64,000 bases of DNA from Phoronis australis (taxonomy: Eukaryota; Animalia; Phoronida). Below the pieces are notes generated by a model. It was not told where the DNA came from, did no database searches, and saw nothing but the letters and a program-made list of their open reading frames with translations. How positions within the stretch are numbered: the first letter of the stretch is position 1; each line of letters begins with the position of its first letter. Location: NCBI GenBank assembly GCA_002633005.1, contig NMRA01000533.1:179268-243267 (forward strand), read 5' to 3'. The position numbers and the translations under genes were made by a program. Positions 25,775 to 38,278 of this stretch are shown one piece after another.

Positions 25775-26175
25775 TGAACTTAATTTTTCGTCGAAAAACT
25801 TAAGTTTTTGATATGAGAAACTTAAGTTTTCATTCGCTAAAACTTAAGTTTTTGGCAAAAACTTAAGTATTTTGGAACAATTTTTTGGAACGAACTTAAG
25901 GTTTCATAACTTGAGTTTTTCAAAAATTTAAGACCTGAAAACTGAAGTTTTAAGAACTAAAATTCGTTCCTAAGAATTTGTTCCAAAATACTTCAGTTTT
26001 TGGAAAACTTAAGTTTCAGAAACTTAAGTTTTTGAAAAACTTATGTTCTGGAACAAGTTTTTAGTAACAAACATAAGTCATCAAAACGTAAGTTTTTGAA
26101 AACTTAGTTTTCAGAATTAAGTTTTCAAGAAACTAACTTTTGAAAACTGAATTTTTCCAAAAGCATAAAGTTTCA
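25775..26175. repeat. Degenerate array of the palindrome AAAACTTAAGTTTT
   Basis: More than 15 variants of (A)AAACTTAAGTTTT spaced about 15-25 nt apart. Confidence 0.85.
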
Positions 26176-27357
26176 TTAGGACAGGCATTCGAAAATTTCG
26201 ATTTTCACTAAGATAAGAGTGGAGTACAGTAACAGATATAATTATTCTCACACAAGATGTTGGATATTAATCGTGCTGTTGAAACAACACTGATTTGTAA
26301 AACTAACTGACAAAGTGCCTAGTCTTCAAACTAAAAACTTAATCAGTCACTCCCCTGGATTCAAGTGCAAGACTAGACAGCAACTTTACTCCAAGCATGC
26401 ACTGCACTGGTTCAGTTTTCCACTTAGTGTTTCAATGAAGTTTTAATCTTCGATTCAAGACATTCAAAACAATTTTATTCTACACAATTTGAATACAAAA
26501 CCTGCACATGGTCACTTACCATGCTATCACAGTCTAGAGCAAACCGTGCATATGACAAAAATTAAGAGTGACTCCATATAAAAACCAACACGTACAGGTA
26601 GAGTCTATACCCAAAATCAAATTTTTTTGGAACTTAGCACATGAGCTCGGTTTGGTGAGATTTAGAAAAACCTAACTTTTTAAGGATTCTCATTCATCAT
26701 TTCTCTTTTGATGAGCTGTACCTCTCTTTTGCAACAAAATTAGGCCTCGAATTAGGCATGTATGAATTCATTTTACTAGCATGTATGGTAAGGTAAAAAA
26801 ACAAATGCGTGATACGAATTGAAAGTGCAATGTCTTAATAATTTAAAGACATGGCTTTCAAAATCTATTCTTAATTTGTATGTTTTGATTTTGTGAGGTA
26901 AAAACGGCTATTTTGCAGGTTTTCACTGAAGCCATTTACGCCCAAATTTGGCACTCTTTAGCAGCCATAAAGCACCTTTCCACAACTTGACCTTATAATT
27001 ATTTGTTCAGTTATTCCTAACCTGTTCATAATCAAAAATAAAAAATCTGACCTCTCCCGTAGTTTTGGCCTACGAAGCATTACACGAACTGCACTTCGTC
27101 CTATTTACTAGTTCTCAGTTGCCTCAGCCACCAATAGGGCTATTTTGAAACATATAGTTAGCTTACAAAACACGACATAACAACCTTGTATTTTGGAAAA
27201 AAGGCAGACAGCATTACTAATTACCATTCTTTGAAAACGACATTGATGATCATTGCTTATTACAAAAATATTATGTACAAACATTGACTGGTGTACGTGC
27301 TTCTAATTGACAGATTGCGGCGCTGTTTGTTTAGGTGGAGACTGAAAACGTACCTAT

Positions 27358-27605
27358 TGTAGTATATGGTGGCTATTTAGGTTCTTCACGGGCTACTCCC
27401 CCTTGTCCATTCCTTGACTTATACACACTGTCAGATACACGTCCTCTTTCCATGGAGGACAACACACGAGAGAGAGAACGTCCACACCAGCAGGCAGCTC
27501 CCCAGTCACGTGACATAAACTATATCTGGACGACCATAACACTCATACGAACAAGGACGGACGACATTGAAACTGGACAACAAATACTTACCAATGTTCA
27601 CGACA
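27358..27605 (-). repeat. 3' LTR of element 3
   Basis: TGT...ACA ends; direct repeat of 35354-35601; PPT (minus strand GGGGAGGAG) at 27606-27614. Confidence 0.95.
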
Positions 27606-28140
27606 CTCCTCCCCACACTAAAAATGACTAAATAAACTGATTGGAAAACGCTAACGAGAAGTGAATGTGAACAGGAACTAAAACAAATATAACAACTTCC
27701 CCCCTACCCAATAATTAGTGGACAAACAGCCTCAATCATGAGGCATGTTAGAACAACGATGGCCCCCGGTAACTAAACTATAAAAAAGAATAAAAAACGT
27801 GACCGGGGATCCTAAACTACGACTAAAAAATGTGAGGAAAATATCAAGTCTTGGCAAAAAAGTCAAAACAACTAAAAGAAAAAACAAAATGGGCTAATAA
27901 TAAGAAAAAAAACTGAACGTTGAGTACCCCAATTGTTAACGTAATTAACAAAGAAACAGATAATCAACTTAACACAACAAATAACAATAAGGTAGTATAG
28001 TTTGGTGAAACTGAGCAGACCTCTTTTATTTTTTGTTTTGATGTGACTGAAAAAAACAATAAATTTTAAAAGGAATGTCAAAGGTAATAACTGGTAGCTT
28101 TTTGCTACTTCAAGTGAACTACTAAAATTTAACTACAAAG

Positions 28141-29640
28141 CTATGCTGCTACACAAAACAAAACAACGCTGGAGTCACCGTCATAGCAGTTCGGGAACTG
28201 TCGGCAAAAATTCACAACAGCATTGGTATCCCCGGTAAAAGTGTGAAGGTGGATCCTTTGGGTCGACGGAAGAAGATCCGCAACGATGAACACGGTTCGG
28301 AAGCCCCAGTCGTAGTGGGAACCAGGGGAGGCCGAACGGATATGGAACACCAAAGTCTTGTCCTTCACACTTCCATGGCGACGAGTAAGATTTGCGAAGT
28401 CCCGGAGCAGATCTTCAATGAAACGTGCCTGTTCACGTTCGTTACCCATGGACTGTTCAAACCCTATTTCTCCAAGACCAGCGACGGAAGTTTCCCGGAG
28501 AAGCTGAAAGAATGTTGTTCTGGCAGCCTCCGAGAAGTTACTGACTTGTTTTGGGTGCACACCTACCACCGCCTTGAACCCTTGAGGAAGAGCTCTTACA
28601 TAATCCTTGATAGAACGACGATGGTATTACGCTGGATCGCAAAAAGCAATGATGCCACCCACTAGTTTAATAGGATGCGACGAAAAACGGTGAAGGGTCG
28701 CATCAGTTAGGTCCGGTGTGGACAGGAAACGGTTGTTACAAATATTGCCTTTTGAGCGATAGGCTGCCGTCAAACGATCAATTTGGAAATGGGAGTCTAT
28801 AGCGGACACTAAGGCTGGAGCTGTTGTAGCTGGCGGAAGTACAGGAGCCTTCAATGGTGATCGAGCGGCACTTGCATAAGTCTTTACAGCAGAAGACGCG
28901 GTCGATTGACTTACAAATTGCGGAGGTAAGGACTGTACATCTTTTGAACCACCGTCGAATGACAGGGCCCACACCGAACGGTTCGGTTCTGGCACGCGCA
29001 CCATCAGATAAAGCACCACAAACCAGTGCATGCACAGGCCAGGGTTAAGCAGTCTTCCAGAAATTGACAAAGGAGTCAGTAGCATCGGCCACCCAAGTAC
29101 CCGGCACGAGATCATTAGGTGTAACTCGTCTTCCAGAGTTACACGTGGCAATTTGGCAACGCTGCGGACGACCAATCCCGCGAGGTCAAGAAGATCTTCA
29201 GAGTTGTTCATGGCTCGCCCTTCAATCTGCCAGAACAGAGACTTTAGTGCTTCGAAACGGGCATGTTGCAACTCATTAGATGAGAGGCGACACACCGAGT
29301 CGACATCAAAAACTGCCGGTAAATGATTTGTCAAGGCGTGTGACCGTAAGAGGCCCTCTCCAGCTGAAAAACAACAGATTGAACAAATTAGATCTCCCGG
29401 CTTGGGTTTATGCTTGGAAGGAGAAGGTGAGGATGCAGATGCCTCACTAGGACGACTAGATACAGGTGACGAGTCTCGGTTACCACTAGAAAGAGCTACA
29501 GACTGGTCAACCACGGAGTCAGTAGTTTCTATTGTTTCCATAGGTTCAGGAACATTTTCCTGAACTAAATCTGGACTACTTACAACAGTAATCTCCGGTA
29601 GGTCTGGATTATTCTTCAGACGGACATCCACCCACGAAAA
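28141..29640 (-). pseudogene. Extra ORF of element 3: Ser/Pro-rich region, C2H2-like finger, TatD-family nuclease domain (one in-frame stop, C-terminus missing)
   Basis: ORFs 28627..29766 and 28141..28569 share a frame and are separated by a single TAA (FCDPA*YHRR..AVVGVHPK). Motifs IDSHFQID, VGVHP, GLGEIG, LVFHIR, IHLHTFTG. True start codon uncertain. Confidence 0.82.
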
Positions 29641-29665
29641 AACAGGTTCTGGAACAAAGATATAA

Positions 29666-29815
29666 TCAAGGCTTGCACCGTGGGCACAAATAAACGTCCA
29701 TATCACGAGCATCATCAGCCCTAATGTTGACACACTCACCGTGTACCCAATCATCACAAGAATCACACTGAATCATGAGGCCACCATGGTAAGGCTGACG
29801 ACAGACGCAATGCAA
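29666..29815 (-). CDS. PHD finger at the integrase C-terminus of element 3
   Basis: CVCRQPY..MIQCDSCDDWVHGEC..YLCPRC is an intact Cys4-His-Cys3 pattern; it overlaps the end of the integrase ORF in another frame. Confidence 0.9.
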   Translation of the reverse strand: MHCVCRQPYHGGLMIQCDSCDDWVHGECVNIRADDARDMDVYLCPRCKP

Positions 29816-32800
29816 TTGATCGTTTGCGCTAGTGTCAAGGTTAACAACCTTAACTGTTTTTGAAGCCAAGCAGGTAAATCTGTATAACCAGTTTTACATA
29901 ATTTCATGCGATCATGATGAATCACTGACACGGAGTTCTTGACACGAATTCTATATAAAGCTGGTGAGATGACTTCAGTGATAATACCAGGTCCCCTCCA
30001 AGGAGACGATAACTTCTTACACTTACGCTTTGCTGAAGCTGAGTCAAAGATAAACACCAGATCGCCTGTTCGAAAAATACGATTAAATATAGTAAGGTCA
30101 TAATCTTTTTTCATAGATGATTGACTAGTTTGCAGTGCACGACGTGCAGTTTCGTGCGCTCTCGAAATTGCTGTTCGCAGCTTAAGAACGTAATCTGAAT
30201 ATGAAACGTTGTCGGAGCAGACAGTAGAGGGAACATGAAATCAACCGGCTGTGTGACCTCACGACCCAACATCATCATATTAGGCGTCAACCCAGTATGG
30301 CGATTTGCTGAAGAGCGGATCGCGCCGGCAATCTGTGGAATATATAAATCCCAATCCGTCTGAAAATCACTCACGTAACATCTTACTGCATCCATAAGTG
30401 TTCGATTGTACCACTCAACCTGATCATATGCGGAGGGTCGATAAGAAGTTGTGCGCGACTCATGAATATGCAAAAGTTCACAAACAGCCCGAAATAAATT
30501 GCTTTCAAAATAACTCCCCTGATGGGAGACAATTTAGAAAGGATAACCGAAACGCGTGGAAAATTCATTTACTGCTGCGGTAGCTGTTACTTCGGCAGTC
30601 TGAAAAAGAAGGGGAATACATTCCACCCAATAGGTAAATTGATCAACTATCATCAACACATGCTGATTGCCACGTGGAGATAAGGGTAGAGGACCAAGAA
30701 AATCAACGTGTACCCGTTCCAACGGTGCTCCAGCATGAAAACGAATCATGGGAGACCGACCATGTCTCGTTCCTTGCTTGTTCTTATTACATGCGGGACA
30801 AGACGCAACAAACAGCTGCACGTCTTTGGTCAACCCATATCAAAAGTACTTACTCTTAATCTTAAGTTTTGTACGAGCAATACCCTGGTGAGCTGCCGAA
30901 GGAATAATATGACACATTTCTAGTACAGTCCTTTTTAAAACTGCAGGAACTACTGTTAACAGCTGCCCATCTTCTGGGGATTTCCAGAAGAGGACATCAT
31001 TACAATGCTGAAAACAATCTTTGTTAATCCAGTAGAACTTGGCAGCTGGGCTGGCTAGAAATAAATCATGATCAGATGGCACTTCACGATTAATTAACCA
31101 ATTAATAACGATCGAAAGATCCGGATCTGCAGTCTGTTAAGCTGAAATATTCAAAACATTCGAGTGAACATTAGGAGATGTTGTATTGTTGTAAATAAAA
31201 CAGCTACCAGGTTTAAGATCAAACTTTACATTATCTTCACCATCTGAAGTAGTAACGGACAGACCAAAAGATGACTGAGTAACCCGCTCGGGATTGTAAA
31301 CAGGATTCGTAGTCACCTGCCTAGTACCAACACATTTGTCTACTTTAGGAAGGACGGCAAGTGACATTGAATCATCCACCTCAGATGAGAACTTGTGCCA
31401 GTCATTATGTATTTTCCAGCATTTACCACACCCACCATAGGGAAGATCGCTTGGCTGAACACCCACTGTATAATTGTTGCACATGTCCATAGGAATACGC
31501 GAGAGCGCATCCTCGTTGACGTGTTTTGCAACCTGGACGGTATTCAACCTTCATCCCAGGGAACTGTTGTAGCTGCAATAACCAACGTGCAATTTGACCA
31601 CTAGGGGATCTCAAGTTCATCAACCATGTGAGGCTGTTGTGATCAGTTCGGACACGAAATTGTCGTCCGAGTAGATAATATCTATAATGGTGTGTAAAAC
31701 GAACGACAGCCAGCGATTCCTTACGTGTGGTACAATAACGCTCATATTCCTCCACCAGAACAAAACTAGCATAAAATATTACGCGTTCTATGCCATTTTG
31801 GACCAGATAGAGACAAGCTCCAATCGCGAGGTCGGAAGCATCACAGTCTAGCACAAATTCATCCGAACAATTCGGCAAATTCAGAACTGGAGGTGATGTC
31901 AATGCTTCCTTCAAATTGTCAAAGGCCACTTGCTGTTCATGTGACCATGGAAAAGGGGAAGATCCAGTGACTTTGTATAAGGGGACTGCAAGTTCAGCAA
32001 AATCTTTAATGAAGATCCTGAGATAATTTGCAAACCCAAGGAAGCTATGGCATTGCTTCTTACTTCGAGGAACCGGCCAGTTTTCAACCTTTTCTATATT
32101 TTCGTCTCCCATCTCCAAACCGTGTGGTCCTACCCACCTACCCAAAAACTCGATACGCTGCTGGAAAAGGAGACACTTCTTAGGTTTTAATTTGAGTTGA
32201 AACTTTCGGAACCTCTGAAACACTTCTTCCATGTTAGCAATGTGCTCCTCAAAGGTTGACCCCAGTACTAATATATCATCAAGGAAGGCAAGGACTGTGT
32301 GCCAATTTAACCCTCCGAGAACTAAACTCACTGCTCAATAAAATGTAGAAGGTGCGCCGCAGAGTCCAAATGGCATGGATTTGAACTCATTTAACCCATA
32401 TTTGGTTATAAAAGCTGTTTTTTTTTCAATATTCTTCCCGAATTTAACTTGCCAATAGGCAGAATTGGCATCTAGCTTACTGAATCATTTGTTACCGGGC
32501 AGTAAGTCAATACACTCATCGATAAGAGGTAAAGGCCATGAATCTTTTCTAGTGACATTATTCAGTTTCCTATAATTAATGCAGTAACGAACTGACCCGT
32601 CAGTTTTTTTACGAATCAGAACAGGAGCTGCAGCCCATTCGCTATTAGAAGGAACAATGACACCAGCTTTAAGCATCTTGTTAAGGTGGCTCTCCTCTTC
32701 TGCCACAAAACAACTTGGGGTACGTCGCATGGCCATTTTGATAGGGTGAGCATCGCCTGTGTCAATACTATGCTCAACTGCCGTAAAATTACCCAGATCC

Positions 32801-33735
32801 AGGTCATCTGTAGCAAAAACGTCTGAATAATTTAGTAGTAACTGATGCAGTTTAGATGATTGTGCCTCAGTTATTTTTTTTTTAGATTTGTTATACAGAC
32901 CGTCCACCTTTTTGGAAAGCTAACCCATTAGACTTGCACCAACAGATGAATCACCAGAACCGACAGGCAGTTGGTTTACGGCAGTTCCACTCTCGTGGGT
33001 AGGCAGCAGATCCACTGGACATTTTTCCCAATCCTCCATGTAATCTACACAACCCAAAACAGAATCAGCCTTCAACTTGACATGGTGCTCCGAAGAATTA
33101 AAAATAAATAAAACTGGGGAGCTTTCCGTATTAAGCAGAGCTCAAGGGATCATAAATCGAGAGTCAACGGTTAAGCTTGGTTCAAAAAAGATTGTGGAAG
33201 CTGTAATTGGACAAGTTATACAGTCCACTCCCTTTACTGTATTTACTGGAATATCCACACCTTTTGACAGCTAAACAGAAGGCTGGTATTTACTAGGTAC
33301 GCCATAATCCATAACTGAAGTCTCGTTAGTGAAAGTTATGGAATCTGATTTCATATCAATAATCGCATTCAACTGCTTCAGTACATCGAGGCCTAAAAGG
33401 CAATCATCGCTAATATTGGCCACAACTACTGAAGATTGGTGCGACTGGTCAATGATCGATAAAGTGACAGGTTTAGTGCGGAAACCTTTCATAGACAAAT
33501 CCTCACCCGCAGTATGGACGTTGATGTCATGAGAAAATTCTACATCCGTCAATAGTTTAAACAGCCGGTGAGAAATGATAGTACTATCCGCACCACAATC
33601 AATAACCGCATTTATACTTGTCCCGTTGATGACGATAGGTATGTAGTACATACTCCCAAAAGCAGTTTTCTTTACTTCTATAGTTTCCAAAACAGCGTCT
33701 GCAGTTGGTATCGTAGGATTAACGCAAACGTCCAC
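29773..33735 (-). pseudogene. pol: Degenerate pol of element 3
   Basis: AVIDCGAD (protease), YCINYRKLN and AFLDD (RT), CDAS and RTDH (RNase H), HQG..CPAC, VDFLGP and KLSSPWRGP (integrase), broken by stops and frameshifts. Confidence 0.93.
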
Positions 33736-34100
33736 ACCACACGCCTCAGCTGGTAGAACTTGAGACAGCCCCCTGGAGATGGTGGGAGATCAGGCGAAAC
33801 AATACCTTCAACATTCTGAGGAATGAAAGCATTAGGCACAACCGAGGAAACCAATGAGTTTGAATCTTTATCACTGTTAGCGGAACTATGTAAAGACACC
33901 ATTTCATCAGTTAAAGCAACAGGGAACTCACTAGGGTCAGTACACGATTCCGCAGTTTTAAGAAATGAACTGTTGGTTGAACTGTGGGGCCTTGAAGAAT
34001 TACACATATGTTTCTTCATGTAACCCAACAGACCAACTATTTTTTACTATCAGGGAGGTCTTTGGTTTTGGTACGGGGGGACAAGGTCTAACCCCAGTCC

Positions 34101-35186
34101 TTACTCGTTTAAATCTTCGTCACTGAGGAACGTACGTCGAGCTGCCACTGGAGAAATCCTACAGTTCGACTGGTAATGTCCCAGCTTACCGCTTCTGAAA
34201 TACCTAGGAAGATTAGAAGGTTTCCCCGGAGATGAATCTGGCGAAGCTCTTGGTGAAAGTGGAGAAGGTCGCTTCGGCGACTGTGTCTGTAACATGGCAA
34301 ACAACTTATTAAAATTGCTTGATACTTCAGCACGAGATTCGGACAAGTCAGATTTCAACTCATCGACTTTCTTATGAAGTTTAATGTTATCAGTCTTGAG
34401 AAATGAAACTGATGTATCTAAATTATTGCACCTACCCTCAAGAACATCTAATCGAGACTCTAAGGAGCCACGAGGAATGAACTTGAGAGTGGGTTTCTTA
34501 CGTAATTGACGAACCGAGACTTCTTCCTCCTCTTCACCTGATGAAGTTTCTCTACAGAAGAAAACAGCTTTGGTAGGTCTCGATGGTGTCATAAGGTCTT
34601 TGGTGGTTGAAAACCAACGAGTGGCATTCTAAGGCTCCATGAGTGATTCAGGTTTGCTATTGATTGTCCATAGAGCAACCTCGCTGTCTTTGAAGCCCAA
34701 GCAGAAACGAAGGACAGCCTGAGCTTTGTCAGAGTCCCTAGCATCTGGAAAAGCTAATAAAAATAAACTGGTTAAACGGTCAGCCCATAGCTCAAGCGAC
34801 TCATCAGGAGCTTGTTTGGCTGACTGAAATCTAAGCTGGTGTACCTCGTTTCACTCGATTTCTGCACCAAAGCGATATATCATATCTTTGATGATCTGTT
34901 TATAAGTAGCATCTGGAAAGGCTCTAATATGGTTGGCGAACCAACGAGAAGCATCTCCCTCTAAGCACATACCTAATTCAGACCGACAGCTTTGAGCAGA
35001 CCAACAGTTGTCTCTGGCTATATAATCAAACTTCCAGAAAAAGTCTTCCCAAGTGAGTAGCTTACCACTGAAAGTTAGGTTGCGTGGAGAGCGTTGCAGG
35101 TAGTTAGCTGAATCCCCCGCCGGCTTAGACGACATGCTAGTATGTGGAGATGAGGTTGTTTTTTCAAAAGAAACACCACTAGCCAT
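34101..35186 (-). pseudogene. gag: Degenerate gag of element 3
   Basis: FSGKLLTWEDF..CLEGDASRWF gag-like segment, coiled-coil-like stretch, decayed knuckle YFRSGKLGHYQSNC; between PBS and protease. Confidence 0.8.
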
Positions 35187-35336
35187 GCTGGTCTTGGACG
35201 GGGTAAAACTGAAATCACGTGGTTTTCAACTACCACCCTCCACGGGGCAGTACCGGGACGCACGGGAAATTTAGTAAACAAACTTTAAATTCCGCGCCAC
35301 GGTTAAAGAAACAAGGGAAAGCACCGCACGCAGTGA

Positions 35337-35351
35337 CCGCCAACTACGCCA
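35337..35351 (-). other. Primer-binding site complementary to tRNA-Ser 3' end
   Basis: Minus strand TGGCGTAGTTGGCGG versus tRNA-Ser complement TGGCGTAGTCGGCAG; 2 nt from the 5' LTR. Confidence 0.8.
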
Positions 35352-35353
35352 AA

Positions 35354-35601
35354 TGTAGTAAATGGTGGCTATTTAGGTTCTTCAGGGGCTACTCCCCCTT
35401 GTCCATTCATTGACTTACACACGCTGTCAGATACACGTCCTCTTTCCATGGAGGACAACACACGAGAGAGAGAAGGTCCACACCAGCAGGCAGCTCCCCA
35501 GTCACGTGACATAAACTATATCCGGATGACCATAACACTCATACGAACAAGGACGGACGACATTGAAACTGGACAACAAATACCTACCTAGGTTCACGAC
35601 A
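35354..35601 (-). repeat. 5' LTR of element 3
   Basis: Direct repeat of 27358-27605; about 11 substitutions in 248 bp by manual count. Confidence 0.95.
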
Positions 35602-36861
35602 CTAGGACAAGAACAGCAGCGCCATGTCCTAGTTATAATCCAAGACGTCGTGAGATACTGCCGTGTATTTTAAATGAGAACACGTGGTTTTGGACAAATT
35701 TTAGAAAGGTCCTAATGTTACTGAACTCACCCCTACCTTACTCTTGTTTTTTTTCCTTGTTCGAGACGCAGGCAAAGTCACCCAAAGGGATATTGGCCGT
35801 TGCTCAGTGCAAAAAATCTTTCAACTTGGTCATTAGCCATTGTAATTTTAGGTTCATATTGTAATGTACCTGCAGGTTGCTACAAATTTTAGTCGCAACC
35901 TGTCGCCAGGAATCTGGCGTTTCCATCTCCCCCACACGCACCAGGCACCCTAACGTTGAATAATTCTGACATTCTGAATATCATGGTATAAAATGGCAAA
36001 CATACACATTCAATAGAAAATAATTCACGAGAGACAATTTTATTATTGACTCATTCATGACATACATGAAGTAAACTGAAATATCGGTCTACTTCATAGC
36101 AAACTTACTGAGTAATTGAGTCTGTGGTGTAGCAAGGGGTGGTTAGTGCTGCCCAAGGTGCTCGCTATGCCAGTGAACTGTCTATTGTAATTTCACGTCA
36201 TCTGCAAACTGCGATTAAGTGGGATAAAATATGCAATATATGACGAGCACGGTAAAGCTCTAATCGTGTGTATATGTCTCTGCCCCTTTTTCGTTCTCAT
36301 AACTGGTTTTCATTCTCTACGCCCACCATTCCACCCTCGGTTACTACGACCCATTTTGCCCCTGAAATGGTCACCGCAACTTCACAATATGGCAGCACGT
36401 TTTCTGCCTCAGCCACATACAAACTTTGCTGCTCAGGCTACCCTCCACTCAGCCACCACTTATTTCCGTCCCTGCCTCTGCCAAAGTTTGCTCTGGATGC
36501 CACGCATCCAGCCAAACTTCAGCCACCGACAGTCGCCTAATTTACATACGGCCGCCACAGGTTCCTGCCTCCTGATGCTACCCAATTGGTCCAAAATGCA
36601 ACTCACTCTCGTTTCGGATATGAACCAGTGTTACAACCGAAGAGTAAGGCATGGCCACTCATTTGGCCCTCAGCAGTCAGCCATTCAGTCCCTGGCCAGC
36701 AACCATACTGACTTGAACTCTTCCTACATACCAACCATTCTACTTCAGATGCCACCTACTTTTTCGATTCTTCCAAACACTCAAGATGTCTACATTTATT
36801 GTTGTTTCTAGCAGATCATTAATTGATAAAAAGATACCAATACCTAAGAGTGAACACATCG

Positions 36862-36940
36862 TTATTTGTTTATTGTGATATTTAAGTGAGGGTGGCCTCT
36901 TCAGTGATAGCACTGCTTTCCAAGAATGCCCTCAACAACA
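36862..36940 (-). mobile_element. Probable 3' end stem-loop of an L2/CR1-group LINE
   Basis: Minus strand GAGGGCATTCTTGGAAAGCAGTGCTATCACTGAAGAGGCCACCCTC followed by AATAAA and an A-rich tail. Confidence 0.4.
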
Positions 36941-37379
36941 AAAACAATAATATAATATAATGTGTGATTCACAATAACGAAAAAATTAAACTAAAAACTA
37001 AGCCTCAAATTTGACATGTTTCCTCTAAGGTAACAACACATAGTTACTTGAGCTTAGCTGTAGACATTGTCCACTTTACCACTCCAAGTTCTATTCTAAA
37101 TACCCTCATTATTCGATATGAGTGAAACAAAAATCAACAATCCAAAACTGCACAAACCAGCTACTGACCATAACCAACCAGTCATATATCCCAGCAGCTC
37201 AACAGGACAAAGATAGCACTAATTCTGAGAGCTTTGTATATCTTCCATTGGTTGTTATGCTACAAAACTAGACTAAACGTTGACCTCATTTATTATTTCA
37301 TTGGGGCAATCTGCCGACATAACAACATCTTCAGCAAAAATAGCATCGTCATCATCAACATTTTCAGGAGAGCCTAAAT

Positions 37380-37580
37380 GAATTGCTGCACACAACTTCT
37401 AAGAAATCCAGCAATCTGCGATTCAATTAACCAATCATCACTGGTAAACTCGTTTTCAGTGGGATCTCGTAATGTTTTCGTCATTTTGGCCACTTACGAG
37501 GTTGAGTGTTTATTACCTGACTTTTCTCCATCGAATATGTTCATCAGAAATTCCTTAACCTTGCAAATTTTTGACCTGTA
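37380..37580 (-). pseudogene. Fragment of Sola3-like transposase C-terminus
   Basis: KVKEFLMNIFDGEKSGNK..VAKM..RDP..EF..DWLIESQIAGF resembles the motif at ~50250-50370. Confidence 0.5.
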
Positions 37581-38006
37581 ATGATATGAGATTTCAAAAT
37601 CAGGAGTTTCCGAGTATTACTAAGAACATACACATAAGCGCACACAACCAATGCCAATATACCCAACTTGCAAAATGATTACAGGATGCCTACGTACAGT
37701 AGTCCCCCCTTGCATTGACGCTCACTGGCACAACCTCAGAAGACAGAAATAAAATAGGGTAATAGCCTTGAATGAACGTGATGGCTCCATCATGTACCTC
37801 CAGCAGTATATTTTGCGTTAGAATATTAAGATTAGATAATTCACACACAGATTACAGTCCATGTCTCTATGTGACAGCACAAGTGAGCTTAACACGTTCG
37901 TTGGATATCAGTCACAGCACCGATTGTGACCAATCGATTTTAGAACGCTCTCTGGCTCTAACCTGCACTCCAAAACTTCTGAAATGTACTCTTGCAGGCT
38001 CTGCAA

Positions 38007-38278
38007 CAGTGGCAGATCTAGGATACCATGAGGGGGGCCCAACATCCTCGGGATTGAGCAAAGCGCGATTGCACGTGCACACAGGCTTCCCGGAAGGTGC
38101 GGGCGCCGAGGATGTATACCTTCCATTGAGAATATCTATCTATGGACTAAAAAAAAACGGGAACGTGTTTTCGCCCTAAGAGCCCTAGCTCTTGAACTGT
38201 TGAACTACGCTTCACGCTTTTTTGCTGGTTCATTTTCCTTGCAGCAGCCAAGGGGGGCACCCCCCTAAATCCGCCTAA
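38007..38278. mobile_element. MITE, same family as 6152-6477 (inverted orientation)
   Basis: CAGTGGCAGATCTAGGATACCA...CCCCCTAAATCCGCCTA with shared internal sequence. Confidence 0.7.

Larger units (their letters stand above)
27358..35601 (-). mobile_element. Full-length degenerate Ty3/Gypsy LTR retrotransposon (element 3) carrying PHD and TatD domains
   Basis: Two 248-bp LTRs, PBS, PPT, gag-PR-RT-RH-IN remnants in order, flanks CTAT/CTAG (probable 4-bp TSD with one mismatch); lies antisense in the CUB-gene intron. Confidence 0.93.

Noticed and set aside
28627-29766. Env/transmembrane protein suggested by the hydrophobic N-terminus of the 379-aa ORF
   Set aside because: The hydrophobic stretch is the alternative frame of the PHD coding sequence from a non-ATG start; no furin site, fusion peptide or C-terminal anchor is evident.
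36266-36811. 181-aa and 90-aa overlapping Pro/Thr/Ser-rich ORFs
   Set aside because: Low complexity, no recognisable domain or convincing splice context.
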